Shown: positions 36,036-48,777 of the stretch, one piece after another
How the letters are laid out: every line of letters begins with the position of its first letter
Numbering within the stretch: the stretch's first letter is position 1
The notes under the pieces: generated by a model
The model's input: only the letters and a program-made list of their open reading frames with translations
Database searches by the model: none
Told to the model about the DNA's origin: nothing
Assembly: GCA_030390025.1 (NCBI GenBank)
Contig: CM059432.1
Location: 103,232,001-103,296,000, forward strand
Direction: 5' to 3'
DNA: 64,000 nucleotides
Origin: Squalus acanthias
Lineage: Eukaryota
Made by a program: the position numbers and the translations under genes

Positions 36036-37014
36036 TGCAGTTCCTGTGCCATGTAGGAACTTCAGAATGCTTCATGTGTCCCGGAGGCCCATGTTTGTCG
36101 GAAGTGCCTCCAGCTGCTCAAACTCACATTGAGGGTTTCTGAGCTTGAGGGGCAGCTGCATTTAGCTGGATTGTTTCCTGGATTGCAGGCTCCAGGAGGT
36201 GGTCACCCCACAGCTAGTTGGAGATCAGAATAGCAAGTGGGTAGCTATCCGGAAGGGTAAGAAAAGGTAGGCAGTACAGTAATCCTCCAGGAGTGTGGCA
36301 CTCTCAAACTGATATTCAGCATTGAATACCGGTGAGGGTGACGACATCTCGAAGGAGTGCAGTCCCGAGCCTGGCACCATGAAGCAAAGAACTGCACATG
36401 GTGGGTACAGCAACGCAGTAGTAATTGGGGATTCGATAGTCAGGTGGACTGACAGGCAGTTCTGCTACCATCGACATGAGACCCGTATGGTATGTTACCG
36501 CCCTGGTGTCAGGGTAAGGGACATCATGGAGAGGGTGCAGAACATTCTGCGGGGAGGAATAGGATGAGCCAAAAGTCATGGTCCATGTCAGAACCAACCA
36601 CATAGGGAGGAAGAAGGTTGAGATCTTGCAGTCGCGAGTTTAAGGAGCTAGGGAGGAAGTTAAAAAGCAGGACCTCAAATGTAGTAATCTCTGGATTACT
36701 CCCAGTGCCACGTGTTAGTGAGAGTAGAAATAGGAGGATATGGCAGGTTACTGCATGGCTAGCGACATGGTGCAGGAGGAGGGCTTCAGATTCCTGGGAC
36801 ATTGGGACCAGTTCTGTGGCAGGAGGGACCTGTTCAAGATGGACATGTTGCACCTGAACTGAGCTGGGACCAATATCCTTGCGGGCAGGTTAACTACTGC
36901 TGTGGGAGAGGGGTTAAAATAATTTGGCTGGGGGTTGGGCACCAAGATGTAGTATTAAAAAGTAGAAACAAGGTGCACAGAGAACTGGGAGAGACCGTTA
37001 CAGTTAGAAATAAT

Positions 37015-37756
37015 GGGCCGAAAATTGATCCCGGGACGCGAGAGTACGCACTGCATACTCTCGCGTATTCCCACTCCAATTGCCGGTTTTCTGCATGCCC
37101 TGCGCATGCGCTGAAAACCGGCAATTGCTCTTCCGAAAAGGGGGCGGGGCCTGGGTGCATCGCGTGCGCGCTACAGGCTGCGCGCACGCTGTGCACTTCA
37201 TGCTTTGGACGCGCAGGTAAGTAGGGAAGATTTTGGAAATGTAAAAAGGAGGAGTAAGACCCGCTTTTAAGAAGGTAAGTAGTGAATTAAGTATTTTTTT
37301 GAATTTTTTTTTACAGGTATATCTTTTTTATAGACTTTAAAGACAGGTAAGTTTATTTTTATAACTTTTTAAAAGATTTTAAATTTTTTCAAAAATTTAA
37401 TTTTTTATTTTAAATGGTTAATTTAATTAACTATACTTATTTTATTAATGTGATGGTTTTTTTTTAATTTAATTGAGGTTTAGCTGTTATTTTGGGGGGG
37501 TGTAAGATTCATAAGTCTCACAGCCATGCTGTGAGACTTATGAATGGAAGATGGTGTGCTGCCATTGGCTCTAACTGAGTCACGTGATCCCACAGCTCGC
37601 ACGAATTAACTACGCCGCTGGGATACGCAAGCCCAGCACAGCTGATGTCTGGAACATCAAGTTCGTGCGAGCTGGATCAGAAAAAGCATAAGCGAGGTGA
37701 GACATCGCGGGGAAGGCTTACCCCCGCGGGAACAGAGCGAGATCAATTTCTGGGCC
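37015..37756. mobile_element. MITE inserted in CR1
   Basis: TIRs GGGCCGAAAATTGATC / GATCAATTTCTGGGCC, TSD AAT; shares GCGCATGCGCTGAAAACCGGCA with 18679-19395. Confidence 0.87.
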
Positions 37757-38585
37757 AATACAGAATTAGGTGGGAATCATAGAAAATACAAAGAGGAGTG
37801 CATGTGTGTAAATGCACACAATGTGGTTAATAAGGTTGGTTATCATACACAAGAAGAAGAAGAAGGTTGGTGAGCTGCAGGTGCAATTAGTCATGTGGGA
37901 ATATGATATGGTGCCAATAACGGAGACCTGGCTCAAAAAAGGGAAGGATTGGATGCTTAATATTCTGGAGTACAAGGTATTCAGGAAAGACAGGGATGGA
38001 ATAAAAGGAGAAGGGCAGCAGTTTTGATTAAGGAAAATATTACAGTGATAGAAAGAGAGATTGTCCTTGAGGGGTCAAAGACAGAATCTATTTGGTTGTA
38101 GTTAATAAACAATAATGGAGCTATTACACTACTTGGTGTATTTTATAGGCCACCAAACAGTAGGAAGGAGATAGAGGAGCAGATTTGCAAATAAATTACT
38201 GAGAGGTGCAAAAACTATAGAGTAGTGATAATGGGAGACTTTAATTGCCCCATTATGCATGGGGTAGTGGTTGTGTTAAGGGCAGAGAAGGGGAGGAATT
38301 TCTGAAGTGTGTTCAGGAGAACTTTCTTGATCAGTATGTTTCCTGCCCAACGAGGAAGGAGGCATTGCTGAATCTAGTCCTGGAAATGAAGTGGGTCAAG
38401 TGGAGAATGTCACAGTCGGGGATTCTCTCAGGAATAGTGATCATAGTAAGGTTTAGATTAGTTATGGAGAAGAACAAGGAGCAATCTAGAATAAAAATGC
38501 CTAACTGGAGCAGGGCTAATTTCAGCAAATTGAGGAGGGATCTGGCCCGGGTAAATTGTAGTCAAAGACTGGCAGGCAGAAATGT

Positions 38586-38855
38586 AGAATAGAATGATAC
38601 AGTACAGAAGGAGGCCATTCGGCCCATTGAGTCTGTACCAGCTCTTTGGTAGAGCTAGCCAACTAGTCCCACTCCCCCATTCTTTCCCCATAGCCGTGCA
38701 AATGTTTTTGCTTCAAGTATTTATCCAATTCCCCATTGCAAGTTACTAATGAATCTGCTTCCACCACCCTATCAGGCAGTGTCTTCCAGATCACAGCAAC
38801 TCGCTGTGTAAAAAAAAATGTTTTCTCATGTCGCCTCTGGTTCTTTTGCCAATCT
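38586..38855 (-). mobile_element. CR1 3' end inserted antisense within CR1 ORF2
   Basis: GAATGATACAGTACAGAAGGAGGCCATTCGGCCC..., the reverse complement of a CR1 3' end. Confidence 0.85.
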
Positions 38856-41703
38856 GTACCCAGAATTGGCAAAAGAAGCAATGAAAGTGTTGCTACCTTT
38901 CCCAACAACACACATTTGTGAAACATCAGCAATGGGTGGTCTTTAAAGAGGAGGAGGCTCGGGTACAGTCTAGGTACATTCCCACAAGGGGGTAAGGGAG
39001 GGCAAACAAAGCCAGAGCTCCCTGGATGACGAAGGAGTTAGGGAGTAGGATGAAACAGAAAAAGTGGGTGTATGACAGATGTCAGCTTGATAATACAAGG
39101 GAGAATCAGGCTGAATATAAAAAGTTCAGAGGAAAAGTGGAAAAGGAAATAAGAGGGGCAAAGAAACAGTACGAGAATAGATTGGTGGCTAACATAAAAG
39201 GGAATTCAAAGGTGTTCTATAGGCAAATTAACAGTAAAAGCTTTGTCAGAGGAGTGGTGAGGCCAATTAGGGACCAAAATGGAGATCTATTGGTGGAGGC
39301 AGAAGACATGGCTGAAGTATTAAATGAGTAATTTGCATCGGTGTTTAGCAAGGAAAAGGACTTTGCCAAAGGTAATGCAAACGAGGATACTAGATGAGAT
39401 AACAATAGATAAAGAGGAGGTACTAGAAAGGCTAGTAATACTTAAAGTGGATATGTCACCCGGTCCAGATGGGATACATCCTGGGTTGCTGAGGGGAGTA
39501 AGGGTAGAAATTGCGATGGTGCTGGCCACAATCTTCCAATCCTACTTAGATACAGGGGTGGTGCCAAAGGACTGGAGGATTGCAAATGTTACATCCTTGT
39601 TAAAAAAAAAGGGAGAAGGATATGTCAGGCAATTACAGGCCAGTCAGTTTAATGTCGATGTTGGGGAAGCTTTTAGAAACAATAATCCGGGAGAAAATTA
39701 ACAGCCACTTGGACAAGCATGGACTAATAAGAGAGAGCCAGCATGGATTTGTTAAGGGAAATCATGTCTGACTAACCTGATTGAGTTTTTTGACAAGGTA
39801 ACAGAGAGGGTGGATGAGGGCAGTGCAGTTGATGTTGTGTATATGGACATTCGATGAAGTACTACATATTAGGCTTGTTAGTAAAACTGAAACCCATGGG
39901 ATAAAAAGGTCAGTAGCAGCATAGATACAATATTGGCTAAGGGATAGAAAACAGAAAGTTGTGGTGAATGGCTGTTTTTCGGACTGGAGAGAGGTAGACA
40001 GTGGAATTACCCAGGGTTCAGTACTAGGACCACTGCTGTTTTTAATATACATTAATGACTTGGACTTGGGGGTACAGGACACAATTTTGAAATTTGCTGA
40101 TGACATGAAACATGGAAGTGTAATAACCAGTGAGAAAGATAGTAACAGACATCAAGAGGACATAGACAGGCTGGTGGAATGGGCAGACACATGGCAAGTG
40201 AAATTCAATGCAGAAAAGTGTGAGGTGATACATTTGGTAGGAAGAATGAGGAGAGACAATATATGCTAAATTTTAAAGGGGGTGCAGAAAGAGAGAGACC
40301 TGGGGGTGTTTGTGCACAAATCTTTGAAGGTGGCAGGACAGGTTAACAAAGCAGTTAATAAAGCATATGGGATCCTGGGCTTTATAACGAGAGACATAGA
40401 GTATAAAAGCCAGGAAGTTATGCTAAACCTATATAAAACACTAGCTCAGCTCTAGCTAAAGGATTGTGCCCAATCTGGGCACCAGACTTTAGGAAGGACG
40501 TGAAGGCTTTGAAGAGGGTACAGAAGAGATTTACTAGAATGGTCCCAGTGATGAGGGATTACATGGATAGACTGGAGAAGCTGAGGTTGTTCTCCTTAGA
40601 GCAGAGGAGGCTAAGAGGAGTTTTGATAGAGGTGTTTAAAATCATGAAGTGTTTAGATTGAGTAAATAAAGAGAAATGATTTCCAATGGCTGAAGAGTCG
40701 ATAACCAGAGGGCACAGATTAAGGTGATTGGCAACAGAACCGGAGAAGACATAAGGAAAAACTTTTTTACGCAATGAGTAGTTAGGATTTGGAATGCACT
40801 GCTTGATAAGGTGGTGGATACAGATTCAATAGTAGCCTTCAAAGGGGAATTGGATAAATAATTGGGGAAAGAGCGGGTGATTGGGACTAACTGGATTGCT
40901 CTTCGAAAGAGCTGGTGCAGACTCGATGGGCCGAATGGCCTCCTTCTGTGCTGGATCATTCTATGATTCTATGCCATTACTCATCACCTGAGTGTATAAC
41001 GCAGCATCAAATGAGCGCACCCTTTCTAGAATGATTAACCTCCATGAATAACAATGCACAACATCAGTGCACATTCTATTTATTACATTAAAGTCCAAGG
41101 GGAACAGTAGGCAACCTATTATTTCCTAACACCATGCCTTACACCTGCCTTTATATCATCTATTCTCGTGCTTCTCTTAGGTGTGGCCTGAGGGCCAGTA
41201 TTGTAAGAGGTGACTGGCTGCACATGCTGTATGAAAGAATCATAGGTTGTCCTTTCATTGCAGATTTTTCCTGGGAGAGAGCAAGTGCTGGCTACACCTT
41301 GTTCCTGGACACCCTCATGTAATCTCCTATGTTCCACTGGGCTCTGAGGTTAAGGCCGGACCCCTGGCATGTGTTGCTGTCCTGAAAGGTGGCAATATCA
41401 GATAAATGGGCTCCAGTGGTTGACATTCCACTGGGCACTGACCAGTGGGATGGCTGGTCTAATGGCAGTTATTAAATCCTAAAAGCCCTGAGAGACATCG
41501 GAATGCATCATGGTTGCCATGGTCATGAAGCTGCTATGCTGGTGTTGTCTATTCACTCCCTTATTGCCACTAGAGCTGCAGTCTGTTCTTCTGTGGAGGT
41601 GGAGACATCAACTGGAACTTGGTTGCTTCTTAGGTGAGGGCTTGCATCAAATTCCATTAAAGCTGCCACACGCTCCAATTTTTTAATTCATTCTTGGGAT
41701 ATG

Positions 41704-43525
41704 TAAAAAGAAAAAGATTAGTGAAGACAAATATAGGTCCCTTACAGTCAGAATCGGGAGAATTTATAATGGGAACAAGGAAATGGCAGAGCAATTAAAC
41801 AAATACTTTGGTTCTGTCTTCACGGAAGAGGACACAAATAACTTCCCAGAAATGCTAGGGAACCAAGGGTCGAGTGAAAAGGAGGAATTAAAGGAAATTA
41901 GTATTAGTAAAAAAATAGTGCTGGAGAAATGAATGGGACTAAAAGCCGATAAATCCCCAGGGCCTGATAATCTGCATCCCAGAGTACTAAAAGTGGTAGC
42001 CATGGAAATAGTGGATGCATTGGTTGTCATCTTCCAAAATTCTATAGATTATGGAACAGTTCCTGCAGATTGGAGGGTGGAAAATGTAACTCCACTATTT
42101 AAAAAAGTAGGGAGAGAGAAAACAGAGCACTACAGACCGATTAGCCTAACATCAGTAGTAGGGAAAATGCTAGAGTCTATTATAAAGGATGTGATAACAG
42201 GACACTTAGAAAATATCAACAGGTTTAGACAAAGTCAACATGGATTTATGAAAGGGAAATCGTATTTGACAAACCTACTGGAGTTTTTTGAGGATGTAAC
42301 TGGTAGAATAGATCAGGGAGAACCAGTGGATGTGGTGTATTTGGATTTTCAGAAGGCCTTTGATAAATGCCCACATAAGAGATTAGTGTGCAAAATTAAA
42401 GTACATGGGATTGGGGGTAATATACTGGCATGGATTGAAAATTGGTTAACAGACAGGAAACAGAGAGTAGGAATAAATGGGTCTTTTTCGGGGTGGCAGG
42501 CGGTGACTAGTGGGATACCATAGGGATCAGTGCTTGGGCCCCAGCTATTCACAATATACATCAATGACTTGGATGAGGGAACCAAATGTAATATTTCCAA
42601 GTTTGCTGACGACACAAAACTAGGTGGGGTTGTGAGGAGGATGCTAAGAGGCTTCAAGGCGATTTCGACAAGTTGAGTGAGTGGGCAAATACATAGCAGA
42701 TGCAGTATAATGTGGATAAATGTGAAGTTATCCACTTTGGTAGGAAAAACAGAAAGGCAGAGTATTATTTAAATGGTGATAGATTGGGAAATGTTGATGT
42801 ACAAAGGGACCTGGGTGTCCTTGTACACCAGTCACTGAAAGCAAACATGCAGATGCAGCAAGCAATTAGGAAGGCAAATGGTATGTTGGCCTTCATTGCA
42901 AGAGGATTTGAGTACAGGAGTAAGGATATCTTACTACAGTTATACAGGGCCTTGGTGAGACCACACCTGGAGTACTGTGTGCAGTTTTGGTCTCCTTACC
43001 TAAGAAAGGATATACTTGCCATAGAGGGAGAGCAGTGAAGGTTCACCAGACTGATTCCTGGGATGGCAGGACTGTCGTATGAATAGAAATTGGGTCGACT
43101 AGGCCTGTATTCACTAGAGTTTCGAAGAATGAGAGGGGATCTCATTGAAACGTATAAAATCTGACAGGGCTAGACAGACTGGATGCAGGGAGGATGTTTC
43201 CCCTGGCTGGGGGTGTCTAGAACGAGGGGTCACAGTCTCAGGATACGGGGTAGGACATTTAGGACTGAGATGAGGAGAAATTTCTTCACTCAGAGGATGG
43301 TGAACCTGTGGAATTCTCTACCACAGAAGGCTGTGGAGGCCAAGTCACTGAATATATTTAAGAAGGAGATAGATAGATTTCTAGACACAAAAGGCATCAA
43401 GGGGTATGGGGAGAGAGCGGGAATATGGTATTGAGATAGAGGATCAGCCATGATCATATTGAATGGCGGAGCAGGCTCGAAGGGCCGAATGGCCTACCCC
43501 TGCTCCTATTTTTCTATGTTTCTAA
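41704..43525 (+). mobile_element. 5'-truncated CR1 LINE (RT and 3' end)
   Basis: KSPGPD, YRPISLTS, QHGF, YLDFQKAFD and SKFADD motifs; stops at 41930 and 42521; TTTCTATG tail. Confidence 0.94.
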
Positions 43526-43623
43526 TGGGCATAGCTAGGAAAGTCAGCATTTATTTCCCTTCCCTAGTTGGTCTCGAGAAGATGGTTGTGGGCCTTCTTC
43601 TTGAACTGCTGCAGTCTGTGTGG

Positions 43624-45484
43624 AGCACAGAGCGGGATTAAAATGGAGTGTACTTAAACAGAATGTTTTATTTGGGAATTTTGAAAAAGTGGGAATTCGG
43701 AGAAGAAGGGGAAGGAGTTGCTGCTTTTTGCCTAAACTACTTGTAGTGCTTTGTGTTACTGGTAGATATTTAATTTCAGTACCCTTAACTTAATCTAGAT
43801 CAAGTAAGTAGTCATGAAACTACATTGTAAACTAAGTTACCTAATTACAAATGTAATTAAATTTAATTAAATAAAACAAGGTCATATAGGGATGGCAGTG
43901 CAGGTGGTGTGCCGCAACTGCAGCATGTGGGAGTTTGTGGAGAGCATTGTGATCCCGGACAACCACGTCTGCAGTAAATGCCTGCATCTTGAGGAACTTC
44001 AGCTCAGAGTTTTTCAGCTGGCGTCTGAGGTGCAGACATTGCGGGGTATCAGGGATGGGGAGAGTTACCTGGACACTTTGATCCAGGAGGCAGTCATACC
44101 CCTTAGGTTAGGTAGTGGTACAGGTCTGGTTAGTGGTCAGGGACAGGAGGGTGTGACTGCAACTCATGCAGGTAAGGGGACCCCAGGTGCAGTGCTGGAG
44201 GAGCCTCAGCCTTTGCCCTTGTCCAACAGGTATGAGGTTCTTGCTGCCTGTGTGGATGAGGGAAAAGCCTGCAGGATAGATGAGCAAGCTGACCATGGCA
44301 ACATGGTGCAGGAGGCCATTCAAGTGGGAAAAGTGAAAGGGAATGTAGTTTTGGTAGGGGATAGTATAGTCAGGGGAATAGATACTGTTCTCTGCAGCCG
44401 CGATCGAGAGTTCCGAAAGTTGTGTTGCCCACCTAGTGCCAGGGTTAAAGACATCTCCTCGCAGCTGGAGGAGAATTTGGAGTGGGAGGGAGAGGATCCA
44501 GTTGTCGTGGTCCATGTAGGAACCAACGACATAGGTAGAACTAGGAATGAGGTTCTGCTGAGGGAGTTTGAGGAGCTAGGATCCAAATTAAAAAGCAGAA
44601 CCTCAAAGGTAATAATCTCTGGATTGTTACCTGAGCCACGCGCAAATTGGCATAGGGGCAAACAGATTAGAAGATTAAATGCGTGGCTCAAAGAGTGGTG
44701 TGGGAGGAAGGGGTTTCAGTTCATGGGGCACTGGCACCAGTACTGGGGAAAGAGGGAGCTGTTCCATTGGGACAGGCTCCACTTAAACCAGGCTGGGACC
44801 AGTGTCCTGGTGAACCGAATAACTAGGGCAGTAGACAGGGCTTTAAACTAATGAAGGGGGGGTGGAAGGATTATTCCAGGATACTTAACTTTTAGAAGAG
44901 ATAGGCAAAATGGAAAAGGAGGTGGGGTAGCCCTGATAATAAAGGATGGGATAAAGACAATAGAGAGAAAGGATCTTAGCTCCGAAAATCAAGAAGTAGA
45001 ATCAGTTTGGGGGATTGTCCTATGAGGAGAGATTGAGTAGACTAGGCCTATATTCTCTAGAGTTTAGAAGAATAAGAGGTGATCTCATTGAAACATACAA
45101 TATTCTTACAGGGCTTGACAGGGTAGATGCAAGGAGGATGTTTCCCCTGGCCAGGGAGTCTAGAACCAGGGGTCACAGTCTCAAAAATAGGGGAAGGCCA
45201 TTTAGGACTGAGATGAGGAGATGAGGAGAAATTTCTTCACTCAGAGGGTGGTGAATCTTTGGAATTCTCTACCCCAGAGGGCTGTAGCGGCTCAGTCATT
45301 GAGTATATTCAAGACAGAGATCGATAGATTTTTGGATATTAAGGGAATCAAGGGATATGGGGATAGTGCAGGAAAGTGGAGTTGAGGTAGAATATCAGCC
45401 ATGATCTTATTGAATGGCAGAGCAGGCTCGAGGGACCAAATGGCCTACTCCTGCTCCTATTTCTTATGTTCTTATGTTCTTATG
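43624..45484 (+). mobile_element. Internally deleted CR1: 5' UTR, ORF1, ~140 bp of EN, 3' end
   Basis: ORF1 is followed by a short endonuclease piece (GGGVAL...ESVW) fused at ~45010 to the CR1 3' end; (TTCTTATG)x3 tail. Confidence 0.88.
43892..44851 (+). CDS. CR1 ORF1 protein: N-terminal zinc finger/coiled coil plus SGNH esterase (319 aa, uninterrupted)
   Basis: CRNC...CSKC, then GDSI, VHVGTND and DRLH blocks. Confidence 0.88.
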   Translation: MAVQVVCRNCSMWEFVESIVIPDNHVCSKCLHLEELQLRVFQLASEVQTLRGIRDGESYLDTLIQEAVIPLRLGSGTGLVSGQGQEGVTATHAGKGTPGAVLEEPQPLPLSNRYEVLAACVDEGKACRIDEQADHGNMVQEAIQVGKVKGNVVLVGDSIVRGIDTVLCSRDREFRKLCCPPSARVKDISSQLEENLEWEGEDPVVVVHVGTNDIGRTRNEVLLREFEELGSKLKSRTSKVIISGLLPEPRANWHRGKQIRRLNAWLKEWCGRKGFQFMGHWHQYWGKRELFHWDRLHLNQAGTSVLVNRITRAVDRALN

Positions 45485-47399
45485 ACAATGCTCCCACAAT
45501 GTTGTTAGGCAGGGAGTTACGGGATTTTGACCCAGCGATGATGAAGGAACGGCGATATATGTACAAGTCAGGATTGCGTGTGACTTGGAGGAGAACATGG
45601 AGGTGATGGTGTTCCCATGCACCTGCTGCCTTTGTGCTTCTAGGCGGCGAATGTCGCTGGTTTGGGCTGTGTTGTCAAAGATGCCTTGGTGAGTTACTGC
45701 AGTGCATCCTGTAAATAGTATACACTGGAGTCACAGTACCCCGGTGGTGGAAGGGGTGAATATTTAGGCTGGTGACTGAAGTGCCAATCAAGAGGACTGC
45801 TTTGACCTGGAAAGTGTCAAGCTTCTTGAGTATTGTTGCAACTGCATCCATCCATGCAAGTGGAGTATTCCATCACACTCCTGACTTGTGCCTTTTAGGT
45901 GGGGGAGTGGCTATGAGAAGTCAGGAGCTGAGCCAGTCGTCACACAATATCCAATCTACAATCTGCTCTAGTAGCCACGGCATTGATGTGGCTGGTCCCA
46001 GTTGAGTTTCTAGTCAATGTTGACCCCCAGGATGTTGATGATGGGGGATTCGATGATGTCAATGCCATTGAATGTCAAGGGGAGGTTATTAGGCTCTCTC
46101 TTGGTGGAGATGGTCATTGTTTAGCATTTGTGTAGCTCGAATGTTACTTGCCACTTTTCAGCCCAAGCCTGGATATTGTCCAGATCTTGCTACATGCGTG
46201 CATTATCTGAAGAATTACAAATAGAGCTGAACACTGTGCAATCATCAGAAAACAGCGCCACTTCCAACCTTATGATGGAGGGAAGTCACTATATGATGCA
46301 GCTGAAGATAGTTAGGCCTGGGATGCTGCCCTGAGGAACCCTTCACTGATGAGCTGGGGCAGAGTTGATTGGCCTCCAATGACTACACCCATCTTTCTTT
46401 GTATCATGTATGACTCCAGCCACTGGTGAGGTTTTCCCCAGATCTCCAATGACTGCAGTTTCACCAGGGCTCCTTGGTGCCACATGCTGTTGAATGCTGC
46501 CATGAAATCGGGATAGTCACTCTTACTTCACTTCTGGAATTCAGCTCTTGTGTCCATGCTTGAACTAAGGCTGTAATGAGGGCTGGAGCCGAGTGGTCCT
46601 GGCTGAACCCAAACTGAGCATTGGTGAGCAGATTATTGGTGAGTAGGGTCGCTTGATAGCGCTGTTAACAACTCCTTCCATCACTTTGCTGATGATTGAG
46701 AGTTAGGCTGATTGGACGGTAATTGGCCGGGTTAGATCTGTCCTGCTTTTTGTGGACATTAGTTACCTGGGCAAGTTTCCATAGTTGGGTAGATGCCAAT
46801 GTTGTAGCTGTACTAGAACAGCTTAGCTAAGGGCTCAGCTAGTTCTGGAGCACAGGTCTTCAGCACTAGAGCCAGGATGTTGTTGGGACCCATAGCCATT
46901 GCTATTTACAATGCATTCAGCCATTTCTTGATGTCACATGGAGTGAATCAAATTGGCTGAAGACTGGCATCTATGATGGTGGAGACCTCAAGAGCAGGCT
47001 AAGAAGGAGCATCCACTCGGCACCTCTGGCAGAAGATGTTTGCGAGCCTTGTCTTTTGCACTTATGGCCACCATCATTAAGGATGGGGATGTTCATGGCT
47101 TCTCCTCCTCCCATTACTTGCTTAATTATCCACCATCATGCGTGAGTGGATGTGGAAGCACTGCGGAGCTTTGACATGATCCTTTGGTTGTGGGATTGCT
47201 TAGCTCTGTCTATAGCATGTTTCTTCCACTGTTTACATGCATGTTGTAGCTTCACAAGGTGCACCTCATTTTCAGGTACAGCAATGTCTGCAACAAAGAT
47301 AAAGCTTCCTTGATGTTGTCACAAATGAGTGCTGTGGACTCAAGAGTAACAGCCGCACATCCTCAAGATTGACCCCAGAGTCTGCACATAGATAAGATG

Positions 47400-47830
47400 T
47401 TCCTCAATTACTCTTCATTTCAGGTGAGTACCCATGAGTTCTGGGTCCCATGACTCCAAAGTCATAGGCAGCCTTCTACTCAGCCTACACTGAGAAGATG
47501 GTTTATCTTCATTGACTTTCCACTCCTCCTGCTTCCTCATGCTCTGTGAATCGCCTGGTGCCACATCCTCACTAACACTATCTAATTCTCCCCAAGTGAA
47601 AGTATCTGAGTTGGTGTAGGGAATGAAGAACCAAGTGGCACAGAGAGTGAGTTGGAGGGGGTTGTGGCAGAAGAACATAGGGCAGCAGCTGTGCAGGAAC
47701 TCATAGGTATGCTTAAGTCCAACCTCATCTCCCTCTTCATCATCATCCTCCTTATCATCACAAGGGGATAGTTGTGTCTCTGTTCTTCCTCTTCTTCATC
47801 ATCATCCTCCTCCTCCTCCTGTGCCCCCTG
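47400..47830 (-). pseudogene. Decayed Harbinger Myb-gene exon 3 remnant
   Basis: Acidic run, then TNSDTFT...VAPGDSQ, resembling TSADTHT...LSPGVSQ of H1 exon 3. Confidence 0.4.
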
Positions 47831-48757
47831 TTGCTGGGTGGATATGCAGGAAATGAGAATAGAAATTAAGAATTGGCGAGTGTTAACGCCTTAGGAATAA
47901 GGGACAGAGAAGGGGCAAAAGCTTAATAGGTTATCCAGCCTATTAAACCCATCCTTCCAAAGAACCTTATAATCTATCCTAATATGAACTGTATCCTTTA
48001 ATCTCTTGCGAAAATGTTGCAGATGAATATTTCCTAGTTCCCGAAAGATTATCATGAAAAATTTTAAACCCTTCCTTCATCCTTAAATTCCACCCTTCAA
48101 CTCTGACCTACTGCCTTCCACAGGCAACATCCCTTTCCCCACATCACCTGTCCCAGGAGAAAAATGGTTTCATATATTATTATAGATCATTACTGAACAT
48201 TTAGGGTTATTATGTAACAGTCTTTTATAATTTTAGAAACACAGAAATAATAACAAACTCAGAACAACTGTTTCTGTGTTGCTGGTAACTGTCCAAAGTA
48301 TGATGATACTCATTCTGCCAGTAATGTTGTAAAGCAGTAAAAAAAAATATGCATCTGTCAAAGGATTAACCCAAGGAAAAGAGAAGTTTCAGACTAATCC
48401 ATAAAAATCATAAATCATTTAATAGTATTCAAAGTGCACGATGTCTTCACTTCTTAAAAAAAAACTAGAGCTTCAGTTAATTTTGTATACTACATCCATC
48501 AAATATATTGAACACACATTGCCTGTAAGACACTGCTTCACAAACCAATACACTTGTGCATAAAAAAGAATGATAGGATCACACTGTATTAAAACATCAG
48601 CAATACATACTTATTAATCCTCTTGTGCTTGCAGCCATAAATATCCTTTCATTTCTTTGTCCAAGATGTTTTTGTACTCAGTGATTGGTGAAGCTCAGAG
48701 ACTTCCATAGAATAGAATTTATAATAAAAAATTGAATACATCATGTTCAAATGTTGA

Positions 48758-48777
48758 TGTGTGTGTGTGTGTGTGTG
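48758..48777. repeat. (TG)n microsatellite
   Basis: Direct reading. Confidence 0.9.

Larger units (their letters stand above)
36040..40972 (+). mobile_element. Near full-length decayed CR1 LINE (ORF1 esterase, ORF2 EN-RT, 3' tail)
   Basis: VIGDSIVR (ORF1), ITETWL and MGDFN (EN), QGSVLGP and KFADD (RT), tail ATTCTATGATTCTATG; many stops; two nested insertions. Confidence 0.9.
41678..47275 (-). mobile_element. Decayed CR1/L2-group LINE on the minus strand, split by two CR1 insertions (pieces ~41678-41703, 43526-43623, 45485-47275)
   Basis: RT fragment AAFNSMWHQGALVKL...WLESY...VVIGGQS at 46312-46503; joining of the short 3' pieces is inferred. Confidence 0.7.
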
